Both the position numbers and the translations under genes were made by a program. From NCBI GenBank assembly GCA_043228905.1, contig JBHGNT010000609.1, positions 1 to 19,398 on the forward strand: a stretch of DNA of 19,398 nucleotides, written 5' to 3'. The notes under the pieces were generated by a model. The model saw only the letters and a list, made by a program, of their open reading frames with translations. It searched no databases and was not told where the DNA came from. The first letter of the stretch is position 1, and every line of letters starts with the position of its first letter. The DNA is from Azolla caroliniana. Its lineage: Eukaryota; Plantae; Polypodiophyta. Positions 8,791 through 17,122 of this stretch are shown here, in pieces.

Positions 8791-9641
8791 CCCCGAAAAG
8801 AGGGCAAGAGCTTTAACTTATTCTTTGAAGTTGATCCCTTGGGAGGAGAGTTCAGACAACACCCGACTGAAGGTGTTGATGTGGAAGCTCGCTAGATCGG
8901 TGTCTCTCATATTCATGTTGAATAGTTGTCTGATCAATATTAGTTTTGAAGACATGGATTTCTTCTCGTACACTTGCAACTTCTCCCATAGCGAGAAAGT
9001 TGTTGTCTCTTTGGGCATGCTGAAATAGACATTCTCGGCCAAATGCATTCGTATGGTGGAGTGTGCGATTTCGTCTAGCGATCTCCACTCTTCTAGTGAC
9101 ATCTTAGCGGGTTTTTCTCTATGTCGAATAGCTTTGACTTGTCTCCTAATGATCAACACATCCTGCATTCTCTCCTTCCACAAGGCAAAATTTTTGCCAT
9201 CGAACTTTCGGATTTCAACTCTTGTTCTGGATGTTGAAGCCATATTCTTTTTTCGAAACTGAGCTTTTTACTGACCTTGTCTTCTTTTTCAACTTTCTCT
9301 GCTTCTTTTGTTTTCGCCGAACAACAAGTCCCTCTGATACCACTTGATGGAGATTGCTGAAAGATTTATGCGGAACTATGTAAGGACCTGTAGGTTATGT
9401 ACTCGGCAAACAACATAGAGCATATGACTGAAAAGATCATTGAAGCATAGACATTGTTCAAGCTCCAATGGAAGTTTTCTCTATTTCTATTCTCTCTCTC
9501 TATAAGAGATGCAAGATAAAGAAATGATCAAGAAGTCATTGTTACAATGTTAGGTTATTGCGTATATACTAAGCCCTAACTATTTGGACATGTCCACACA
9601 CTAGGATACAAAGTGGAAGGATTCAACCTTTTATGTCGACA
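8791..9641 (-). mobile_element. 5' fragment B of the same short-LTR Copia family: LTR 9345-9641, PBS 9331-9342, gag
   Basis: LTR TGTCGACATAAAAG...CA; PBS TGGTATCAGAGG (tRNA-iMet type) 2 nt after the LTR. Confidence 0.88.
8794..9243 (-). pseudogene. gag: Copia gag N-terminal half (truncated)
   Basis: MASTSRTRVEIRKFDGKNFALWKERMQDVL...LWEKLQ.YEKKS resembles Tnt1-type Gag; stop at 8818, then VKALALFS and truncation. Confidence 0.85.
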
Positions 9642-9775
9642 AGTGAAGACATATCCTGATGTCAATTTCCGATTTTCGGGGTTGCCGACATAATTGGAAT
9701 CGGTGAAGCCCTCAACCTTGGTCGGATGGTTCGATCCAAAGGTCAGTTGTAGATTCTCAGTGTCGCATAGGTACC
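9642..9775 (-). pseudogene. pol: Copia RT/RNaseH junction fragment
   Basis: RYLCDTENLQLTFG...VEGFTDSNYVGNPENRKLTSGYVFT matches the Copia G(Y/F)TDSD..G....RKSTSGY motif. Confidence 0.8.
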
Positions 9776-10179
9776 TGTAAAGATTTGCAATATGCGGAAG
9801 CTTGTGCATGTTGGCCGGTTCAGGACGACCAAGTGTGGAAGGGGTGAAAATGTCTACAAGTCGAATTAATAGTGGGTAGGACCGAGCGATGCAATAAAGA
9901 AGCAAGAGTAGGAAATAGTGAATAGAAAATAGTAAATTATTGAATACGCAGTAGTGGCTCACACATAGTCGTAACCGTCCATGAGCTCTATAAAAAGGAC
10001 CATGGAAAGCTTATCATGGTTAATCGAATCATATTGTATCAGTGCGATTGTAATAGAATTTTGTTTACCCCCTGATACCTTGAGTAAGAACTATGTCGTA
10101 ATTTCTTTGTGTCGAGTCTCTACGTTCTGTGTAAATGTTGTGTAACCAGCCGGTTATAGCCGGCTTGCCCATCTCCACA
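9776..10179 (+). repeat. Probable solo LTR (about 404 bp)
   Basis: TGTAAAGAT...ATCTCCACA (7/9 terminal inverted repeat), internal CTATAAAAAGG TATA-like box, no ORF of known type. Confidence 0.55.
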
Positions 10180-10321
10180 GTCATACAGTCATTCCCTATT
10201 CGATTCATACGTAAGTCCATACAGCTTGGAGTCCCGAACGATTCGAAGCGAAATGAACTCTTTTTCCCAAAAACAAGATCTGGAGTCGAATAGACAAAGG
10301 ACCAGATATTCGACACCGTGT

Positions 10322-12253
10322 TATCATAGTCAGAACTGGTGTCGCACATCCTGAGATCATCCCGAGGATTGGTAGACAATCTATCTCAATTATCACTTCT
10401 GACCCGATCAGGTAGTCTTTGTCCATCTTCACTGTAGACACAATACCCCAAAGTTCCAGCTTGACTTGGGCGTATCTTTGCTGTCGTTCGTTGAGAACCT
10501 TTGCTCCTCTATCGGCTCTATAATCTTGGGTCGGCACATCCGATCTCTTGTGGAGAGAAGGCGAAGGCTTTGCCATGCCTCTCAAGCATTCTGTGGAACA
10601 TTTGCTCCTCTTTAGGGAGGAGGAAATCCTCCCTTCCAACTCGTAGCTTCCCTTTCGTGTCTTCGGTGAAGACATGACCTAATAGCTTTCGGATCCCTTA
10701 AGCTTGGATCATTAGTGACTTCCTTCATCTTTTGCCAACTGTCTTTCGGTAGCGGAACCGCAACTGGCTTGATCTTTCTATCCACCGTTTTATATTTTGT
10801 GTTGATGTCAGCTTCCTCCATCAAGATGCTTCGATGATATTCATCGATGATAGCGTACATGTTGATAGAGTTAACCAAAATCACGTGTTGATCGTGAAGA
10901 TAGCTCAAGTTCACGACTTCCTCGATTTTGCCGATGGTGTCGTTAAATGAGGCTTCTTCCATAATATGAGTCATGAATTCTTCTTCTTCTATTATGTTTT
11001 CTTTCTTTAGCAACTTCTCGAAGTATTGTATCCGACGCTTGTCCTTCTTGTTGAGTAGTGCTAGTTTACATGCGGCACTAGGTGTGACACATGTTGCTTC
11101 TCCTCGCAACCCACACGCTCTACTTTCTTGTGGGGACTTGTGATCGCTCGGACTATTTCTGCCCCATGCTTCAATAGTCCACTCTAAAAATTTGAGGATT
11201 CGCCTCCAAGGTTATCTCGGTTCCTTTCGTGATTAGCTCGCACCGTTAGGAATTGAACAGATCTTTGACTGCGAATGCTCTTGACTCGCGCGAAGGTTGC
11301 TCCATTATCGAACACCTTGGTCTCCATCTAGGATGATGTGATATACAGTTCTCCTAGGATGATAGGATGTGAAGCCGAGTCTTGCACGAAGAAGTGTTGA
11401 TCCATCTCCACATCCCCAATCGTGACTTTAACATTGGGACAAGCTCCATACAAGTCCTTTGTGGCTTTTGTTGTCGCTTGAATCTTCAATCCGTGGTTTT
11501 TATTAATTGGCCATCTTCCTTTTTTGTAGAACTCGGTTGACATGAGGTTGATCTCCGAGCCATGGTCAATCAAGGCTAACACAGTCTCTTTCTTCTCCCC
11601 GATCTTCACTGGTGTCTCCGTTGTCACTCGTGCCTGATGAGGTCGAGTATAGTGGCTGTCCACCATATCTTCATCGACTTTATTCCTTGCCATCATTATG
11701 GCTTTTGTTTTTGCTTTTAGTGGCCTCTCTTCTTCCTCGTCCGACTGTTGCCTTTTTTCTTTACAAGGTCCACGATCGTATCATGGAACTCCTTCTTCGT
11801 AATGCCGAGCAATTCTCTCAAGGACAAGGTCACGTGGCTATCAAGAACACGTTCCTCGAGAATCTTCTTCAGATATGTCGTCTACTCTATGTCCGACCTT
11901 AGCTTATAGGTAGGCATAGTTCTTGTCTTCCGAGCGGAGTCTTCGACATCAACCCTTACGGGGCAAACCGTTTCTTCGACTTGTTTGCTTGACTCCCCTT
12001 TTCGGCTTGATTCTCCATCCTCCGTTCGTAAAGCTTGACTTGTTTCTACATCTTCTTTCTTTTTCGCGTTCCTTGTTTCATGTCATTTTGATGGGTTGTC
12101 TTGCCCTTCCATTCTTTTTCTCTTTTTATCCACGGACACCTCGTGGTTGTCACACATCACTTCCGCGAGTATGGTATTGTCATCCACTAGATCCGACCAT
12201 CCAATTATACTTTGCACACTTCGGTTCGCAAGCTCTACCTCGTTCGAGGTGAC
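10322..12253 (-). mobile_element. Degenerate Ty3/Gypsy copy G2, same lineage as G1 (gag end, protease, linker, RNaseH fragment; RT deleted), interrupted at 12253 by a Copia element
   Basis: LALIDHGSEINLMS protease; INTKYKTVDRKIKPVAVPLP linker; RNaseH YAQVKLELWGIV...IDCLPILGMI; colinear with G1 700-1850. Confidence 0.9.
11131..11193 (-). promoter_or_regulatory. Putative -1 frameshift signal of G2 (A AAU UUU plus H-type pseudoknot)
   Basis: Minus strand TCA AAT TTT TAG AGT, then stem GGACTATT/AATAGTCC. Loop TGGGG pairs with downstream CCCCA. The -1 frame is open into ORF 10612..11109. Confidence 0.78.
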
Positions 12254-12849
12254 TGATGGAAATAATCGTCACTTTCCAAACTTCACTTCTCGGCCACAAC
12301 CAAGGAAACACACGAATCGTTGTTGCAGAAAATGGGAAATGCGAAAAATAGAGTGGACACACGATTTAACGTGGAAAACCCTGTACGGGAAAAACCACGG
12401 GAGTACAAGACTCCGAAACAAAACTATGCACAGAGAAATATACAATGGCGAGCTGCAAGGCAACGACCTTGAGCTCGCTGTCCTCGCCACAGGCGGCGGA
12501 ATTACACAGAGGCGTCGACCTCTTCCTCTCTCACGCTCTATCTCTCTCACGGCTGCTCTCTCTTAACTCCTCTTGAGTGGAAAAACAAAAAAAAAGAGTA
12601 GCAACATAAAATTGTTTGCCCTAAGTCATATTTATACACATATGACTTTCGGGCTTATTTACAAATGTAGCCTCAAGGGCCCTTGGCAAACATATTCACA
12701 AATATGTCCCCGCATCCGGATCTCTCTCCGGGTACATTCATCATGCGGCTCCGAAACCGGGTCTTCATCATCCGGCTCCGAAACCGGGTTTGCCGTCATT
12801 CATCTCCGGACATCCGATCATCCCATCCGGAGGGACCGTAATCCCAACA
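12254..12849 (-). repeat. 3' LTR of C1 (596 bp)
   Basis: Minus strand TGTTGGGATT...TTTCCATCA; preceded by PPT TGAAGGGGGAG; TATAAATA near 12630-12637; GA-rich tract; GGTTTTCCACGTTAA motif. Confidence 0.9.
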
Positions 12850-12859
12850 AGCTCCCCCT

Positions 12860-14912
12860 TCACTTCGGCATGGGATGTCTCTCCAATCCGATCCTCTTCC
12901 GGCATGCTTCCAGCTTGTCGGGTGTGAGCACTTTGGTCAGCATATCCGACCCGTTCTCGTCCGTGTGGATCTTCGTCAGCACGAACTCCTTGTCTTCTAT
13001 CCTTTCCCGGATCCAGTGGTATCTACGCTGGATGTGTTTCGTCCGGGAATGGTAGGCCACGTTCTTTGCAAGGTGGATGGCACTCTGACTATCGCAGTAG
13101 AGTCGGTACTCCTCCTGCCGGATACCGAGCTCTCTAATGAAGTCCTTCATCCATATTATTTCCTTGCCGGCTTCAACAGCCGCCATGTATTCCGCCTCCG
13201 TGGTTGACAACGCAACCGTCTTCTGCAGCCTCGACTGCCACGAAACGGCTCCCCCTGCATAGGTCATCACATACCCGGATGTAGAGCGGCTGGTATCTGC
13301 ATCAGCCGACATATCCGAATCGGTAAAACCGTCAAGTTCGGGCTTACCGGAGCCGAATCAGAGGCACACGTTTGCCGTGCCCTTCAGGTATCGGAGTATC
13401 CACTTGACCGCGTTCCAGTGCTCTTTGCCAGGATTGCTCATGTACCGGCTCACCACTCCGACTGCATATCCTATGTCCGGTCTCGTACACACCATGGCGT
13501 ACATCAAGCTCCCGACGGCTGAGGCATACGGCACTTTCATCATATCCTCCTTTTCAGCCTTTGTCTTGGGACTTTGCTTGTTGGACAGCTTGCAGTTTGC
13601 CGGGAGAGTCGACCCGACTGGTCTTGCTTCCGACATGTTGAACCGTTGAAGCACCTTTGTCACGTACTTCTCCTGTGACAACCACAACTGCTTCTTCTTC
13701 CGGTCCCGGATGATGTGCATCCCTAGTATTTGCCTCGCCGGACCCAGGTCCTTCATTGAGAAGGTTCGGTGAAGAGCCTTCTTCAGCATCCGTATCTTGA
13801 CCTGGTCCCGTCCGACGATCAACATGTCGTCCACGTATAGGAGGAGTATTAGAAGGTCTCCTCCGTCGAACTTCTTCACAAACACGCAGTGGTCGGACTG
13901 CGTTTTGTAGTACCCTTCATCGGTCATGAAGGAATCAAACTTTCGGTACCACTGCCGGGGAGCCTGCTTCAAACCATAAAGGCTCTTCTTCAACCGGCAT
14001 ACCAAGTGCTCCTTCTATTTCTTCTCGAATCCTTCCGGTTGCTGCATGTATATCTCTTCTTCGAGGTCACCGTGAAGGAATGCCGTCTTCACGTCCATCT
14101 GTTCTACCTCGAGATCCATGCTTGCCGCTATGCTCAGCACCGTCCGGATAGAGGTCATCTTCACTACCGGGGCAAATATCTCGTCGAAGTCGACGCCCTT
14201 CTTCTGCTGGAACCCCTTCACCACGATCCTGGCTTTGTATCTCGGGGGTTTCCGGCATCTCCCGGTTTCAGCTTGAACACCCACTTGTTACGGAGTGCCC
14301 GTTTTCCTTTCGGCAACTCCACAAGTTCATATGTGTGGTTCTCATGCAGGGAATCCATCTCCTCCTGCATGGCACTTAACCACCTGCGGCTATGGGTGTC
14401 ATGCTTTGCTTCTTCAAAGCTCTCCGGCTCCCCCTCGTCGGTTAGCAGCACGTGCTCTGGTTCCGGAAATCTCCGGGGGGCCCTTCTCTCTCTTAGAGGA
14501 TATCTCCGTTCCGGAGCTTCGGTAACCGGTTCTTCCGATTCTTCTTCATCCGAATCCATTTCGGGATCGGGGCCGGTTCCGGTATCATTTTCATCTTCTT
14601 CGGCCGGTTCTGTTTCTTCACCGTCTTCGGCCGGATCCTCGAGTGCTAACCGGTCCCTTGCCGGTCGGTACTGCTCCTCGTAGAGTTGATCCTCACCGGT
14701 CGACTTGGAGCTCTTCATCTTCTTCTCCGACTCCCAGTCGGCAAGTGTCTTGTCCTCCATGAAGATGATGTCTCGACTCCTGAATATCTTCTTGTCGACC
14801 GGGTCCCATACTCGGTAGCCGAACTCGTCGTCGCCGTAACCGAGGAATATGCATGGCCGGGTCTTTGGATCTAGCTTTCCTCTCCGGTCCTTTGCCACAT
14901 GCACGTATGCGA
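12860..14912 (-). pseudogene. pol: Copia pol of C1 (disrupted)
   Basis: LYVDDML RT core and RNaseH ending RHPMPK; one-base loss in a C-run near 14244-14248; stops at 14015 and 13358 relative to C3. Confidence 0.93.
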
Positions 14913-15528
14913 TGTAAGGAATAGACGCTTCGATTCACCTTCTTCTCTCGGCCACAACCGAGTAATCGCGGATCAATGCAGCAGAAAATAGGAACCACAC
15001 GAAAAAAAGCAAGAACGCGAGTACACAGGGATTAACGTGGAAAACCCAGACGGGAAAAACCACGGGAGTACAAGACTCCAACCCAACACTATACAGAGAA
15101 GTATACAATGGCGAGCTGCAAGGCGACGACCTTGAGCTCGCTGTCCTCGCCACAGGCGGCGGAAATACACAGAGGCGTCTACCTCTTCCTCTCTCGCGCT
15201 CTATCTCTCTCTCTCTCTCTCTCACGGCTGCTTACACTTCACTCCTCTTGAGTGGAAAAACAGAAAAATGAGAAGCAACAGCAAAACTGTTTGCCATAAG
15301 TCATATTTATACTTATATGACTTTGGGCTATTTACAACTGTAGCCTCAGGGGCCCATAGCGAACATATTCACGGATATGTCCCTGCATCCGGATCGCTCT
15401 CCGGGTACATTCGTCATCCGGTACCGAAACCGGGGTCTTCGTCATCCGGATCCGAAACCGAAACCGGGCTTGTCGGCATTCATCTCCGAAATCCGACCAT
15501 CCCATGCGAAGGGACCGTAATCCCAACA
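14913..15528 (-). repeat. 3' LTR of C2 (616 bp)
   Basis: Minus strand TGTTGGGATT...ATTCCTTACA; follows the PPT; homologous to the other two LTRs. Confidence 0.93.
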
Positions 15529-15538
15529 AACTCCCCCT

Positions 15539-16491
15539 TCACTTCGGCATGGGATGTCTCTCCAATCCGACCCTCTTCCGGCATGCTTCCAGCTTGTCGG
15601 GTGTGAGGACCTTGGTCAGCATATCCGACCCGTTCTCGTCCGTGTGGATCTTTGTCAGCACGAACTCCTTGTCTTCTATCCTTTCCCGGATCCAGTGATA
15701 TCTTCGCTGGATGTGCTTCGTCCGGGAGTGATAGGCCGCGTTCTTCGCAAGGTGGATTGCACTCTGACTGTCACAGTAGAGTCGGTACTCCTCCTGTTGG
15801 ATACCGAGCTCTCTAATGAAGTCCTTCATCCATATTATTTCCTTGCCGGCTTCAACACCCGCCATGTACTCCGCCTCCGTGGTTGACAACGCAACCGTCT
15901 TCTGCAGCCTCGACTGCCATGAAACAGCTCCCCCTGCATACGTCATCACATACCCTGATGTGGACCGGCTGGTATCTGCATCAGCCAACATATCCGAATC
16001 GGTGAAACCGTCGAGTTCGGGTTTACCGGAGCCGAATCGGAGGCACACATTCGCTGTGCCCTTCAGGTATCGGAGTATCCACTTGACCGCGTTCCAATGC
16101 TCTTTGCCGGGATTGCTCATGTACCGGCTCACCACTCCGACTGCATATCCTATGTCCGGTCTCGTACACACCATGGCGTACATCAAGCTCCCGACGGCTG
16201 AGGCATACGGCACTTTCATCATATCCTCCTTTTCAGCCTTTGTCTTGGGACTTTGCTTCCTGGACAGCTTGTAGTTTGCCGGGAGGGTCGATCCGACCGG
16301 TCTTGCTTCCGACATGTTGAACCGGTGAAGCACCTTCGTCACGTACTTCTCCTATGACAGCCACAACTGCTTCTTCTTCCGGTCCCGGATGATGTGCATC
16401 CCTAGTATTTGCCTCGCCGGACCCAGGTCCTTCATTGAGAAGGTTCGGTGAAGAGCCTTCTTCAGCATCCGTATCTTGACCTGGTCCCGTC
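15539..16491 (-). pseudogene. pol: Copia pol fragment of C2
   Basis: ORF 15539..16342 (VPYASAVGSLMYAMVCTRPD, TDSD, STTEAEY); CAG>TAG stop at 16352-16354. Confidence 0.93.
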
Positions 16492-17112
16492 TGTGAGGAA
16501 TAGACGCTTCTATTCACCTTCACCGCTCGGCCACAACCGAGTAATCGCTGATCAATGGAGCAGAAAATAGGAACCACACGGAGAAAGAAACAAAACACGA
16601 GCACACAGGGATTTAACGTGGAAAACCCTAGATGGGAAAAACCACGGGAGTACAAGACTCCAAACAACACTATGCAAAGAGAAGTATACAGTGGCGAGCT
16701 CCAAGGCGACGACCTTGAGCTCGCTGTCCTCGCCACAGGCGGCGGAAATACACAGAGGCGTCGTCCTCTTTCTCTCTCGCGCTCTATCTCTCTCTCTCTC
16801 ACGGCTGCTCTCTCTCTTCACTCCTCTTGAGTGGAAAAACAGAAAAATGAGAAGAAGAAGAAAAACTATTTGCCCTAAGTCATATTTATACATATATGAC
16901 TTTAGGGCTATTTACAACTATAGCCTCAGAGGGGGCCCTTAGCAGACATATTCACGGATATGTCCCTGCATCCGGATCTCTTCTTCGGGTACATTCGTCA
17001 TCCGACTCTGAAGTCGGGGTCTTCATTTCCCGGTTCCGAAACCGAAACCGGGCTTGTCGACTTTGGCCTCCGACATCCGACCATCCCATCAGAAGGGACC
17101 GAAATCCCAACA
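16492..17112 (-). repeat. 3' LTR of C3 (621 bp)
   Basis: Minus strand TGTTGGGATT...ATTCCTCACA; follows the PPT; contains a (GA)n tract and a TATA box. Confidence 0.93.
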
Positions 17113-17122
17113 AACTCCCCCT

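Larger units (their letters stand above)
12254..14912 (-). mobile_element. Tnt1/Tork-like Ty1/Copia copy C1, 3' half (integrase C-terminus, RT, RNaseH, PPT, 3' LTR)
   Basis: Highly similar to 17123-19175; bounded by LTR 12254-12849 and by the C2 LTR terminus at 14913. Confidence 0.95.
14913..16491 (-). mobile_element. Copia copy C2, 3' part (RT C-terminus, RNaseH, PPT, 3' LTR)
   Basis: Homology to C3 begins just after the YVDDML region at 16491; LTR 14913-15528. Confidence 0.95.

Noticed and set aside
12860-16491. LINE-like 5'-truncated insertion mechanism for C1 and C2
   Set aside because: No poly(A) tails, and each junction is an exact LTR CA terminus, which integrase-mediated nesting explains more simply. 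It cannot be fully excluded without the right flank.
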